Virus record (IMG/VR): IMGVR_UViG_3300029288_000086
Location: 1 to 64,000 of that record
Length of the DNA stretch: 64,000 nt
Direction: 5' to 3' (one strand)
Source: a virus
Lineage: Duplodnaviria; Caudoviricetes
Positions 10,558 through 20,977 of the stretch are shown here, one piece after another. Both the position numbers and the translations under genes were made by a program. The notes under the pieces are model-generated. The model was given only the letters and a program-made list of their open reading frames with translations, ran no database searches and was not told the DNA's origin. Each line of letters begins with the position of its first letter. The stretch's first letter is position 1.

Positions 10558-11241
10558 ATGTATTTATATAAAAAAGAAATGTATAATGATTTTAAGTTTC
10601 CATTCGATGGATTGGAGAATATTGAACAAAATTACAGTCAAGCGCTTCAGGACTTATTCGTACTTTCTGCGCTGAATGGGAAAAAGAATGGGCTATTTTT
10701 AGATATAGGTGCGTCCTCGCCAATATTTATTTCGAATACATATCTTCTAGAAAAATTCTTTAAATGGACTGGAATATGCGTTGAAATTGATGCTAGTATG
10801 AGATCATTATACGACGCACAAAGAACCTGTCATTTTTTTGGATCAGATGCATTGACTCTGAACTATAGAAACATTCTAGGGAATAATAAAAGGTATGACT
10901 ATTTATCTTTAGACATTGAACCCATGGGGAATACTTTAGCATGTTTAAAATTATTGCCTTTAGATGAATATAGATTCTCCTGTATAACCTATGAACATGA
11001 TTTTTATTCAAAGGAAACACCAGTTGAATATAATGAAGAGGTTAGAGCAGAATCAAGAAACGTATTGCAATCATTGGGATATGTTTTAGTTAATGGTAAT
11101 GCGGAAAACATGGGCAACGATCCTTATGAAGATTGGTATTTAGATAGCCAATATTTTGATGTTGAAACGATTAATAAATTCAAAAGAGATAATGATAGTC
11201 CTCTTCGGGCCAGAGATTATATGTTGAGGAATGCTGTATGA
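10558..11241 (+). CDS. FkbM-like methyltransferase
   Basis: SQALQD, FLDIGAS, SNTYLLE, DYLSLDIE, EDWY. Confidence 0.8.
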   Translation: MYLYKKEMYNDFKFPFDGLENIEQNYSQALQDLFVLSALNGKKNGLFLDIGASSPIFISNTYLLEKFFKWTGICVEIDASMRSLYDAQRTCHFFGSDALTLNYRNILGNNKRYDYLSLDIEPMGNTLACLKLLPLDEYRFSCITYEHDFYSKETPVEYNEEVRAESRNVLQSLGYVLVNGNAENMGNDPYEDWYLDSQYFDVETINKFKRDNDSPLRARDYMLRNAV

Positions 11242-12089
11242 TTATAAATGAACTATATCAAGGGAGCGGTTTTGGGAACCAGTTATTTTGCTATGCAGTT
11301 ACTCGCGTAATTGCCTTACGTAATGGCTACGATTTTGGAATTCAAGGCAAAGATGTTTACAAAGGCAAAGATATTATTGATTTAGATTTTGGCAAAGAAG
11401 TCACCCCTGAAGATATAAAATATCATTATAAAGAAAATTTTGTTACGAATGAATATCGTATTGATGTTTCTCCTGCCGATTTAGGACTAATGAGCGTACA
11501 AGATGGAACAAAAATAGAAGGTAATATGCAAGCAATGTCTTATATTGAAAGATATAAAGATGTTATTTGTGAATGGATGAAAATAAAAGAAGAAAAAATT
11601 AATACACAATATTCTGATATTAGCATTTGTGTCATGCATCTTCGTGGGGGCGACTATGTGGGATCTCCGGCAGGCTCATTACTTCCAGTTTCATATTATA
11701 AAAACGCAATGCACCAAATATTACTTCGAAACAACGATATGCAATTTGTATTATTATCAGATGATTATAATTTAGGCAATCAATATGCTAGGGAATTGAA
11801 TATTGAATTTGTGGGCAGCACCGCTAATGGCAGTACAGATAAATATATTGCCCCTCATCATAAAGGCGGAGATATATCTGTTGATTATGCTATTTTGAAT
11901 AGTGCTCAAAATATTATTCTTTCCAATTCTACTTTTGCTTGGTGGGCAGCATGGACTAATAAAAATCTCGAAAACATTATTTGTCCCAAATTTTGGTTCA
12001 CGCACAATCATCCTGCCAACTTCTGGTCTTTACCGGATATGCGAGTAAAAGAATGGGATTATATTGATAGGGAAGGAAATATAGGATGA
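11238..12089 (+). CDS. GT11 alpha-1,2-fucosyltransferase-like
   Basis: GFGNQLF, HLRGGDY, SDD, NSTFAWWAA. Confidence 0.85.
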   Translation: MIINELYQGSGFGNQLFCYAVTRVIALRNGYDFGIQGKDVYKGKDIIDLDFGKEVTPEDIKYHYKENFVTNEYRIDVSPADLGLMSVQDGTKIEGNMQAMSYIERYKDVICEWMKIKEEKINTQYSDISICVMHLRGGDYVGSPAGSLLPVSYYKNAMHQILLRNNDMQFVLLSDDYNLGNQYARELNIEFVGSTANGSTDKYIAPHHKGGDISVDYAILNSAQNIILSNSTFAWWAAWTNKNLENIICPKFWFTHNHPANFWSLPDMRVKEWDYIDREGNIG

Positions 12090-12970
12090 AAAGAAAAGTT
12101 TTCTATGCAGTGGAATTTTTTAATGAGTTGGATACACTCGAAATTGCATTAGAGACTTTAAACGATGTTGTAGATTATTTTATTGTTTCAGAAAGCACAA
12201 AGTCGCATCAAGAGGGTTTGCCCAAATTGTTATATTTTGAAGAAAATAAACAAAGATTTGCAAAATTCTTACCAAAAATAATTCATCAGGTTATAGATGA
12301 TACCCCCGATGATTTTTCTGATCTATCTCTAACCCAAGCAAAAGATGAAACACACAGAATTGTCTTAGATAAAACTAAAATCAACATTCGAGGAATTGAG
12401 ACACAAAAAAATTATTGTCGAGATGGATATGAGAAAGAATGCTTATTGAGAGCAATGGGAACATGTCAAGATGACGATATCGTTATTGTTTCCGATGCCG
12501 ACGAAATTCCAAGTATTCTTGCTGTAAAACACGTTCTTGATAATTTTGATCCAAATTTAGTTTATAATTTTAATCTCAACCATTATTGGTTTTATTTCAA
12601 TTGTTTAAAAACGGATGAATGGATTGGAAATAGATTATTAACATTCGCTAATTTCAAATCTAAATCTATGAATGAACTTAGAGACATGAAAAGATTATCA
12701 GGAGTTATTGTTAAAAACGCAGGTTGGCATTTTTCATTTCAAGGAAATACCAATGCAATAAAACAAAAAATACAATCATATGGTGAAAAAAGTATAAATC
12801 GCCCAGATGTTGTTGATAATATAAAAGAGTTTATAGATGATTGTATTACAAATCAACATGATTTTTTCTATCGTCCTGCTGAATTTACTATTGTTCCAAT
12901 TGATGAAAGCTTTCCACCATATCTTTATAATAATCAAGAAAAGTTTAAGGAGTTTATACATGAGTTTTAA
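12086..12970 (+). CDS. GT17 beta-1,4-N-acetylglucosaminyltransferase-like
   Basis: FFNELD..L..VVDYFIVSES, SDADEIP, AGWHFS. Confidence 0.85.
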   Translation: MKRKVFYAVEFFNELDTLEIALETLNDVVDYFIVSESTKSHQEGLPKLLYFEENKQRFAKFLPKIIHQVIDDTPDDFSDLSLTQAKDETHRIVLDKTKINIRGIETQKNYCRDGYEKECLLRAMGTCQDDDIVIVSDADEIPSILAVKHVLDNFDPNLVYNFNLNHYWFYFNCLKTDEWIGNRLLTFANFKSKSMNELRDMKRLSGVIVKNAGWHFSFQGNTNAIKQKIQSYGEKSINRPDVVDNIKEFIDDCITNQHDFFYRPAEFTIVPIDESFPPYLYNNQEKFKEFIHEF

Positions 12971-13697
12971 TATCTTTTTGCGCATCTCGGATAACGGGAA
13001 TCCTCTCGGACGAACCAATCTGGCAAATACATCTTTGAATTTTGTAACTAGAAAACTATGTTTCAAGAATTTAGTTAGAACTTTTGGGGTTGAAAATTTA
13101 AATGTTACGTGTGACAATTGTATAGAAAACACAATTGATTTTATTCGCAGTTATAATCCTAAAAGCATTGAAGTTACACAATTAGGAAATGTGAAGTCTT
13201 TTAGACATATTTTAGATAGGGCAATAAACGAATGTGAAGATGATGATATTATTCTGTTCGTAGAAGACGATTATGCCTTTTTGCCAGAGAGTGAAAAACT
13301 AATTCGAGAAGGATTAGAGATTGCAGACTATGTTACTTTGAATGATTGTCAGAGCAAATATAAAGGGGTTGAAGATGGTGGATATAATCCATATTCTCAT
13401 GGTGGCGGAGAAGATACTAAAGTTGTAATCACAAAGTCAACTCATTGGAAAGAAATGATTAGTACTACGATGACTTTTGCAACGACAGTAAAGCAGTTGA
13501 AAAAAGATTATGAATTAATTTTAGCATATAATAAAGATACAGATACGCATCCCATGGATTTTCTTATGTTTATTGATTTAACTAAGGTTAAGGGTAGAAG
13601 GATGTTGGCTAGTATTCCAGGTAGGTGCGCACATATAGGCAAAGAGATGTCACCATTCGTATCGTGGGAAGATATTCTAAGGAAGGAATTAGAATGA
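12960..13697 (+). CDS. putative GT-A glycosyltransferase
   Basis: ILFVEDDY, STTMTF; lies within the glycan cluster; ATG at 12960 more plausible than 12837. Confidence 0.6.
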   Translation: MSFNIFLRISDNGNPLGRTNLANTSLNFVTRKLCFKNLVRTFGVENLNVTCDNCIENTIDFIRSYNPKSIEVTQLGNVKSFRHILDRAINECEDDDIILFVEDDYAFLPESEKLIREGLEIADYVTLNDCQSKYKGVEDGGYNPYSHGGGEDTKVVITKSTHWKEMISTTMTFATTVKQLKKDYELILAYNKDTDTHPMDFLMFIDLTKVKGRRMLASIPGRCAHIGKEMSPFVSWEDILRKELE

Positions 13698-14317
13698 GTC
13701 GTGATAGCAGTATTGAAATTTTACACTATTTGAATTTTGATAATGGGATATATGTTTGCGCAGGCGCGAATAACGGATTGTTCCAATCGAATACGTACAC
13801 ATTAGAAATGGCTAGACACTGGAGAGGAATTTTGATCGAGCCGTCACCATTGGCTGCACAACAATGCGCTCAAAATAGACCAAATAATATTGTTATAAAT
13901 GCGGCATTGGTTTCACACGATTATAAAGAATCCACTATCAAGGGAGATTTCAATGGACATCCGATGGGAAGTGTTGGTGGAAGAAGGTTGCACAATGAAA
14001 AGAATTCTGTCGTAGAAGCTCCCGCGTATACTCTTGACTTTATTTTACAAGAATGCCGTGTTGATAGAATTGATTTTCTTTCACTAGATGCCGAGGGCTA
14101 TGAGCTAGAAATATTACGGGGATTAACATTTGAAAAATATGCGCCTAAATTTGCATTGATAGAATGGAATGTTGGAGAAGATGAATTGTTTCCATTTATG
14201 GAAAGCAAGGGATATGAAAATTTAGGATGTATTTCTAATTTTAATCCTATTGATGATCTTGGATATGATGGGTCTCATAATGATTATTTTTTCAAATTAA
14301 AAGAAATTGCCCCTTGA
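13694..14317 (+). CDS. FkbM-family methyltransferase
   Basis: GANNGLFQSNT, WRGILIEP, IDFLSLDAEGYE. Confidence 0.85.
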   Translation: MSRDSSIEILHYLNFDNGIYVCAGANNGLFQSNTYTLEMARHWRGILIEPSPLAAQQCAQNRPNNIVINAALVSHDYKESTIKGDFNGHPMGSVGGRRLHNEKNSVVEAPAYTLDFILQECRVDRIDFLSLDAEGYELEILRGLTFEKYAPKFALIEWNVGEDELFPFMESKGYENLGCISNFNPIDDLGYDGSHNDYFFKLKEIAP

Positions 14318-14342
14318 CAAATATTGAAATATGTGTTATAGT
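14314..14342 (+). promoter_or_regulatory. sigma70-type promoter
   Basis: TTGACA-17-TATAGT with TGn. Confidence 0.75.
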
Positions 14343-14364
14343 GAATAGATTATAAAATTAAATT

Positions 14365-15060
14365 ATGGGAGAATATATGTCGATACAAAGAGAAGAAATA
14401 CTGTTTTACGAAAAAATAAAAAATGATTGTAATGTTATTTTTGATATAGGATGTAGGGAAGATATAGATTATGTATTGATGAGCAAAAATAAAATACTTC
14501 ATTATTTTGAACCTAATCCAGAACCATATGAAAAATGTAAAGAAAAATTAAAAGATATTCATGACAATACAGTATATTTGAATAATTTTGGGGTAGGAAA
14601 TAAAACTAAAGAAATAGATTATTATCCCGATGGTCAATCGTTTTTTAGAAGAAAATATATTTATGTTTCAACATCTGATCCAATTACTTTGTCCATTGTA
14701 AGGTTCACCGATTATATTAAACAAAATAAAATAGGTTATATTGACTTTTTAAAAATGGATGTTGAAGGAGGAGAACCTGATATACTGTTAGACGATACTA
14801 ATTTTATAAAAACGTCTGTCAAATATGTTCAATTTGAATGGGCATCAACGTGGGTTGATAGAGGTGATGGTATTTGTTTGAATGATATTATTAAAGAATT
14901 TCAAGAATATTTTGATTTTTATTTTCTATATGATGAGAATCATCCTCTTTCAGCAAAATATAAAGATTTTCTTACTAAAATAAACGATGAGATATCAAAA
15001 GAAATGACCACGCATATGATGAATGCCTATGGATTTAATATTGTTATGATAAGGAGATAA
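14365..15060 (+). CDS. FkbM-family methyltransferase
   Basis: IFDIG, FEPNP, IDFLKMDVEG, VQFE. Confidence 0.85.
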   Translation: MGEYMSIQREEILFYEKIKNDCNVIFDIGCREDIDYVLMSKNKILHYFEPNPEPYEKCKEKLKDIHDNTVYLNNFGVGNKTKEIDYYPDGQSFFRRKYIYVSTSDPITLSIVRFTDYIKQNKIGYIDFLKMDVEGGEPDILLDDTNFIKTSVKYVQFEWASTWVDRGDGICLNDIIKEFQEYFDFYFLYDENHPLSAKYKDFLTKINDEISKEMTTHMMNAYGFNIVMIRR

Positions 15061-15061
15061 A

Positions 15062-15700
15062 ATGAAGTTAGATCAAATTTTTGAATTAGGATATTTAATC
15101 AATTTGAAAGAAAGAACTGATCGGTGGGAATTATGCGATCACGAATTTTATAAAATTAATTATTATCCACAGCGATTTGAGGCAATTAAAAATGAAATAG
15201 GTAGAGTTGGATGTTTTCTTAGTCATTTAGAAATATTAAAACAAGCACAAAAGGAAAATAAGAATGTTTTAATTATGGAAGATGATGTGCAATTTGATGA
15301 AGATTGTAGGCAAGTTTTAGAAGCATCATTAGATGAACTCTGTGATATGAATTGGGATATGGCTTATTTTGGAGGGAATATTCTTCGTCCGTTTTATCAG
15401 GTCACAAAACATTGGGCAAGACTGAGTCATTGTCAGAGCACGCATGCTTACTTTTTTAATAAGAAATTTTTGTCAACTGCCATTAATTTTCTTGAAAATA
15501 ATTCTACACAAAAATCAGGGTTTGCCATTGATCAATTATATGGAGATTGGCTTGTTCCAAATTGTCGAGCCTATATTGTCGTGCCGATGATTGCTAGACA
15601 ACGTTCTGATTTTTCTACCATTGAAAATCAAGTTATGACCTATGATTTACCAGTTCAACGATATTGGCATTATTTGGTGAAAAATGAATCTTTCAAATAA
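15062..15700 (+). CDS. GT25 glycosyltransferase
   Basis: INLKERTDR, GCFLSH, LIMEDD, THAY. Confidence 0.85.
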   Translation: MKLDQIFELGYLINLKERTDRWELCDHEFYKINYYPQRFEAIKNEIGRVGCFLSHLEILKQAQKENKNVLIMEDDVQFDEDCRQVLEASLDELCDMNWDMAYFGGNILRPFYQVTKHWARLSHCQSTHAYFFNKKFLSTAINFLENNSTQKSGFAIDQLYGDWLVPNCRAYIVVPMIARQRSDFSTIENQVMTYDLPVQRYWHYLVKNESFK

Positions 15701-15716
15701 AAAAAGGAGATAACTA

Positions 15717-15947
15717 ATGAGTTCCGATGTTTCAAAATATTATAACACTAAATATCCTGGGCAAGTAGATTGGGTTAGTTATTACGAAGATCATCCTCGG
15801 TATTATGAATGTTCTAAATGTGGAACAGTTATAAAATGTCCAGGAGATTGTATTCCTCTAGACGGGCTTTGTAAATCATGTAATATTGCACAGGAAAGAG
15901 AATATGAAAAAAATCAAAAATTTCTTGCATCTCGATATAGAGGATAA
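15717..15947 (+). CDS. small Cys-rich (zinc-ribbon-like) protein
   Basis: CSKC and CKSC pairs; AAGGAG RBS. Confidence 0.6.
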   Translation: MSSDVSKYYNTKYPGQVDWVSYYEDHPRYYECSKCGTVIKCPGDCIPLDGLCKSCNIAQEREYEKNQKFLASRYRG

Positions 15948-15949
15948 AT

Positions 15950-16981
15950 ATGAATTATATAGTAACACTAGTGGACAGAAATGAAGACTTTATTGAGTTG
16001 CAGTACAAAACAATTAAAAAATTTTTTATCAGCAAAATTCCTTTTGAGTACATTGTTTTTAATAATGCAGGAGATAAGAAAAGAAAAAATAATATAAATA
16101 AAATTTGTTTTAGGCTTGGAATTAGGTGTGTAGACGTTCCATCACAAGAATTTTATTCACCACAAAAAGAAAAACTTAGTCTGAAATTAATGATTAGAAA
16201 AATAAAAAAGCATAAGAATCCATTTATTCTTAGAGATTTATATTCTGATCCAAGTGAAATTGTTTCTGATAGCTTAAATTATATTTGGAATAATTATTTA
16301 AAATTTCTTGATGGAAATTTGTTTTGGATGGATAGTGATATGTTTTTTGTTGATTATTTCGATATCCAAAAAGAGATGAATAATATTGATGTTCTATATT
16401 CTCCGCAATATGTTGGAAAGAATTTAGATACAGAATATATGTGGGCAGGGTTATACTGCTTAAATTTAGACAAAGTTCATAAAAATCTTGATTTTTCATT
16501 AGGAATGGTTGAAGATGCTCAGACTGACACCGGAGGATATACTCATTATTTTCTAAAAGACAAAAATTATAAAAAAGGATATCTTACATGGGATCAATTA
16601 AATTCCATAAAAGAAAATGTGTTAGAGGTTAATTTAGATGGGCGTTCCAAGATTGAATTTACAAATGGGAAAGTTACATTTAGACAAATTATGGGAATAA
16701 ATAAAATTTTTCCTTACGAAAAAAATGATTCTAATTATTTTAAAAATATGTTTATTAGATATAATAAGCACAGAGAAATCGCTGATAAATATAGATTTCC
16801 TCAACCTTATTGCTTTGATTTATTCAGAGTATATAATAGTGAAAACTTTTTTATGTTCCATTTTAGAAGCTCCAACTGGTCAAAAGATTTATATGGTGAT
16901 GGCAATAACGACTATATGAAAGACAAGAAAGAAGCTTTAAAAAGAATGATAGACGATTTGGTGAGAAATGAAAAAATGTAG
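15950..16981 (+). CDS. putative glycosyltransferase-like protein
   Basis: WMDSDMFF (DxD), YMWAG, DTGG; cluster context. Confidence 0.55.
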   Translation: MNYIVTLVDRNEDFIELQYKTIKKFFISKIPFEYIVFNNAGDKKRKNNINKICFRLGIRCVDVPSQEFYSPQKEKLSLKLMIRKIKKHKNPFILRDLYSDPSEIVSDSLNYIWNNYLKFLDGNLFWMDSDMFFVDYFDIQKEMNNIDVLYSPQYVGKNLDTEYMWAGLYCLNLDKVHKNLDFSLGMVEDAQTDTGGYTHYFLKDKNYKKGYLTWDQLNSIKENVLEVNLDGRSKIEFTNGKVTFRQIMGINKIFPYEKNDSNYFKNMFIRYNKHREIADKYRFPQPYCFDLFRVYNSENFFMFHFRSSNWSKDLYGDGNNDYMKDKKEALKRMIDDLVRNEKM

Positions 16982-17825
16982 AACGATTATTTTTTCTCGC
17001 AACCGTCCTTTACAATTAACGTTGTGCCTTCAAACCTTACTGAATCATTGCAAAGATATTCTTGAAATTTCCGATGTTACTGTTTTATATCGAAATGATG
17101 AAGAATATCGGAAGTCTTTTGACAATTTAATGTCGGAATTTCCCCAAATTAGCTTCAAAAAGGAGGAAAACTTCAAAAAAGACCTGCTTTCTTTGCTACT
17201 CCATGAAAGCAACATTTTATGGGGTAAAAATGAGAAATCAACCCCCGCATATGCCGTGTTCTTAACTGACGACACCATATGTACTAACAACTTTTCAGTG
17301 GAACAGGTTATTTCAACACTTGTTGAAAATAAAGACTGTATTGGTTTTAGTTTACGTTTGGGTTTAAATACTAATTATTGTTTTCCATATAATTGTGAAC
17401 AAGCCATTCCAAAGACTGAAAAAGTTTCAAAAAATATTTTGAAATATGATTGGCAAACAGCAGAATATGATTTCAACTATTGTTTAGAGTTGTCTTCTTC
17501 TTGTTACCCCGTTGAAAATGTAATTGATATTTTAAGGGATTGCGAGTATAACTCACCGAATTCGTTGGAGTCAATTATGAGTTCGTGTTGTTTAGAAGAT
17601 AGGCCTAATTTATTAATGTTTGAAAAATCAGTAGCTTTTAGTTATCCGATGAATAAAGTCCAAACAACGCATCCTAATAGAAGTGCAGATTTCAATCCCG
17701 ATACTCTTCGATTGATTTATGAAAAAGGTGGGAGGTTTGAAAGTAAACAATTTGATGGTTATGTGAGTAGTGGAGCGCATGAGATTCCAGAAAGTATAAA
17801 TTTGGTGGACACATATGCAAATTGA
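16968..17825 (+). CDS. putative GT-A glycosyltransferase
   Basis: IIFSRNRPLQL, FLTDD, FSLRLG; cluster context. Confidence 0.6.
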   Translation: MKKCRTIIFSRNRPLQLTLCLQTLLNHCKDILEISDVTVLYRNDEEYRKSFDNLMSEFPQISFKKEENFKKDLLSLLLHESNILWGKNEKSTPAYAVFLTDDTICTNNFSVEQVISTLVENKDCIGFSLRLGLNTNYCFPYNCEQAIPKTEKVSKNILKYDWQTAEYDFNYCLELSSSCYPVENVIDILRDCEYNSPNSLESIMSSCCLEDRPNLLMFEKSVAFSYPMNKVQTTHPNRSADFNPDTLRLIYEKGGRFESKQFDGYVSSGAHEIPESINLVDTYAN

Positions 17826-18753
17826 GGATTTAACTGAAAAAGATTTAGAAAGATTTTGGAGCAAGGTTGATAAAAAGGGAGAAGATGAGTGTTGGAATTG
17901 GTTAGGATACGTTAATAGAAAAAATACCGGCTTTTATTGTTCTATTGATTATTCTGTTTTAAATGTTCGTCATATTATTTATTATATATATTATGGGAAT
18001 ACGGCAAAAGAAATGCCCATAGGAAGAATTTGTGAAAACGATATTTGTTGTAACCCAAAACACTTATATTTAAAAGAAAAGGATTTAGAAAAAGATTGGA
18101 TTATCGATAATCGTTTAATTAAACGCTTTTGGAAGAAAGTAAAAATATTAGGTGAAAATGATTGTTGGGAATGGCAAGCCGGAATAGGCACTAAAGGATA
18201 TGGGATGTTTGGCATAAACTATAAATCTATTAGAGCGTCTAGAGTTGCTTACATGATTGAACACGGTAAAAACAGTATACCAAAAGGGATGTCAGTTTGC
18301 CATTCTTGCGATAACAGAAAGTGTGTTAATCCTTCTCATTTATTCATTGGGACGAATTACGATAATGTGCAAGACAGACATAATAAAGGCAGAGATGGAT
18401 CTGCAAAATGTGAAAATCACGGAAGATCTAAATTGAAAAATGAGGATGTTTTTTACATTCGAGAAAGTTTTGCTGATGGATTAAAAAATCGTAAAGAATT
18501 ATCTGAAATGTTTAATATAAGTTTAAGTATGATAAAATCTATAATAAGAGGAACACATTGGAAAGGTATGGGCGGGAGAATTACAAAATCTCCAAGAGCT
18601 AAAAAATTAAATTCATATCAGGTAAAAGAAATAAAAAAATTATTAGTGGAAAAAATAAAAAACAGAAAAGATATAGCAAAAGATTATAACGTTTCTGTTG
18701 CTTGTATTAATCAAATTGCGCAAGGTAAAACATGGAAGGATATATCTTTATGA
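17815..18753 (+). CDS. free-standing HNH homing endonuclease with duplicated HNH domain and C-terminal HTH-like repeats
   Basis: Two RFWxKV..CWxW..CxNPxHL units; second intact CHSCDNRKCVNPSHL..GTNYDN. Confidence 0.85.
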   Translation: MQIEDLTEKDLERFWSKVDKKGEDECWNWLGYVNRKNTGFYCSIDYSVLNVRHIIYYIYYGNTAKEMPIGRICENDICCNPKHLYLKEKDLEKDWIIDNRLIKRFWKKVKILGENDCWEWQAGIGTKGYGMFGINYKSIRASRVAYMIEHGKNSIPKGMSVCHSCDNRKCVNPSHLFIGTNYDNVQDRHNKGRDGSAKCENHGRSKLKNEDVFYIRESFADGLKNRKELSEMFNISLSMIKSIIRGTHWKGMGGRITKSPRAKKLNSYQVKEIKKLLVEKIKNRKDIAKDYNVSVACINQIAQGKTWKDISL

Positions 18754-19571
18754 GCAAACGCAATCCTACAAAATTTGTAAACTTGGCTGATCCTCTCGTG
18801 TCCGTGTTAGTCCCAACCTACAACAGAAAATGGCTATTACCCAGAACGTTACAATCATTACTAAATCAATCCTACCGAAACGTAGAAATAATGTTGGTAA
18901 ATGATTTTGGAGAAGATGTTCAAGACATTGTAAATAAATTCAATGATTCTCGTATCAAATACCTACAAAATTCCCGCAATCTTGGCTTGGCTGGAACAAG
19001 GAATACAGGACTAAAAAATTGTACAGGAGATAGAATATGTCTCTGCGATGACGATGATATTTATATGAAATACGCTATTGAGATGCGTGTTCATATGATG
19101 AAAAAATTATCTACTGAAGTTGTTTATACTCGTTCTTTACAAGATATTTGGGAAAAGACAGATTCGGGATATCGCAGTATACATAAACAGCTTTATTGGT
19201 CGTCACCTTTCGATAAAGATTTGATCTTGATCCAGAACATAGCACCTTGCGCAAACGTTTTCTTTACAAGAAAAGCGTGGGACAATTCTAATAATTATTG
19301 GTTTAATACTGATATGACCACAAGTGAAGATCACGATTTCTGGGTCTCGCTAAGTAGAACCAACGATTTCGAAGAATTAGAATATCTGGATACTGAATGT
19401 TCTCTACGCCAAGATAAAACAAATATGACAGGGACATTAAACTTTGTTCCCAATTGGATTAAAATATTTAAGCGTTGGCGTTCAACTGCACGAGATTTAA
19501 AATACGTCACAGAAGCACAGAATAATATTTTACGTCATGTAAATATCAACCCAGAAGATTACGGATTATAG
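18750..19571 (+). CDS. glycosyltransferase family 2
   Basis: VSVLVPTYNR, SLLNQSY, RNTGL, DDDD, EDHDF. Confidence 0.9.
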   Translation: MSKRNPTKFVNLADPLVSVLVPTYNRKWLLPRTLQSLLNQSYRNVEIMLVNDFGEDVQDIVNKFNDSRIKYLQNSRNLGLAGTRNTGLKNCTGDRICLCDDDDIYMKYAIEMRVHMMKKLSTEVVYTRSLQDIWEKTDSGYRSIHKQLYWSSPFDKDLILIQNIAPCANVFFTRKAWDNSNNYWFNTDMTTSEDHDFWVSLSRTNDFEELEYLDTECSLRQDKTNMTGTLNFVPNWIKIFKRWRSTARDLKYVTEAQNNILRHVNINPEDYGL

Positions 19572-19582
19572 GAGAATAAATT

Positions 19583-20680
19583 TTGAAAATACTTTATATA
19601 TATGCCGATCCAGCTCAGGGAGCCAATTGTTCATTGCATAATGCAATCTTCCCTGCCGAAGCAATTAATAAGACCGGAAAGCATACTGCCGATTGTATTC
19701 ATATTAATGAATTTATTACAAATTCACCAATATCTCAAGAATTATGTATGAATGCGGATATTATTATTATAGAGAGGAATCTTTTTGATGACACATTATC
19801 ATATATGCAGTTTTGGAAAGTTAGGAATAAAAATTTAGCAATAATTTTTGATGACGCTTACCACCTCATAGAACCTGAGAATGCCTCACATTATTTCTGG
19901 GCAAAGGGATTAGAACAAAAAGGAACAACCCCAGATGGCAGAATTATGCTAGGCCCAAAAGAACCTCCTGCTATGAAACAGTTTAAATGGGGTTTAAAGA
20001 TTGCAAAGGGTATTATTACCCCTAGCAGAATATTATCTTCAGATTGGGATGAATATGGCCCAACTTATGTTACAAAAAATTATTTAAAATTAGATAGATA
20101 CGAAAACAAAGAACCTTTATTCCCTCATAGTAAAGATGAGATATTTATTGGATGGTCGGGAAGTATGTCACATTTTGAAAGTTTCACGAATAGCGGTATT
20201 GCTCCAGCTTTAACCTATATCCTTAAAACATACCCACAAGTAAAACTATTATTGACTGGAGATAGAAAAGTATATAACCGAATAAATATCTCTAACGACA
20301 GAAAAAAATTTGCAGATTATGTTCCTGAAGAAGATTGGTCTAGACTTGTAGCGTCGTATGATATTGGACTTTGCCCTCTTGCAACAGAATTTGATCGTCG
20401 TCGTTCTTGGATTAAAGCATTGGAGTATATGGTTATGAAAGTTCCTTGGCTTGGAACCAATATGGAAACATATGAAGAGCTTGGTGAATATGGGACTCTT
20501 GTTAAAAATGGTTTAGATAACTGGAAACAGGCAATGTCTTATGCTATCGAAAATATTGAAGAAAAACGCGAACTAGCCAATGGTAAAGCATATGAATTTG
20601 CCCTTACTCAATCTTGGGATGCTAATATTGATAAATTACTAACGATATTTGAAGAAATTGTAAGGTCACAATATCAATAA
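19583..20680 (+). CDS. GT-B (GT4-like) glycosyltransferase
   Basis: FDD, IGWSGS..H, DIGLCPL..F...RS..KALEY, SWD. Confidence 0.75.
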   Translation: MKILYIYADPAQGANCSLHNAIFPAEAINKTGKHTADCIHINEFITNSPISQELCMNADIIIIERNLFDDTLSYMQFWKVRNKNLAIIFDDAYHLIEPENASHYFWAKGLEQKGTTPDGRIMLGPKEPPAMKQFKWGLKIAKGIITPSRILSSDWDEYGPTYVTKNYLKLDRYENKEPLFPHSKDEIFIGWSGSMSHFESFTNSGIAPALTYILKTYPQVKLLLTGDRKVYNRINISNDRKKFADYVPEEDWSRLVASYDIGLCPLATEFDRRRSWIKALEYMVMKVPWLGTNMETYEELGEYGTLVKNGLDNWKQAMSYAIENIEEKRELANGKAYEFALTQSWDANIDKLLTIFEEIVRSQYQ

Positions 20681-20910
20681 AATGGTAGAATATAATATTC
20701 AATCAGCAATAGATTATCTCAATCTAATCATATCGCAGAGAAAAGAAGTCAATGAAAGCAAGTTTGGATTGAAACTAAATATAGTCGATGATAGTAATAA
20801 TGTCATCGACTATATTACTAATTATTATAATTCACAAGGAATATCTTGCGCAATGAAATATTGTGTATTAGAAAGAGACTATGAAATTATAATTTGGTGG
20901 TAATTAACCC

Positions 20911-20939
20911 TTGACAAGATTTACATTTAATGATAAACT
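20911..20939 (+). promoter_or_regulatory. sigma70-type promoter
   Basis: TTGACA-17-TAAACT with TGn. Confidence 0.7.
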
Positions 20940-20977
20940 TCTTGTATAAATATAAAAAAACAAGGAGAAACCAATAT

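Noticed and set aside
17815-18753. HNH genes (also 57750, 60917) as intron-encoded
   Set aside because: Flanking genes look complete and abut or overlap the HNH ORFs, with no group I core elements seen; treated as free-standing.
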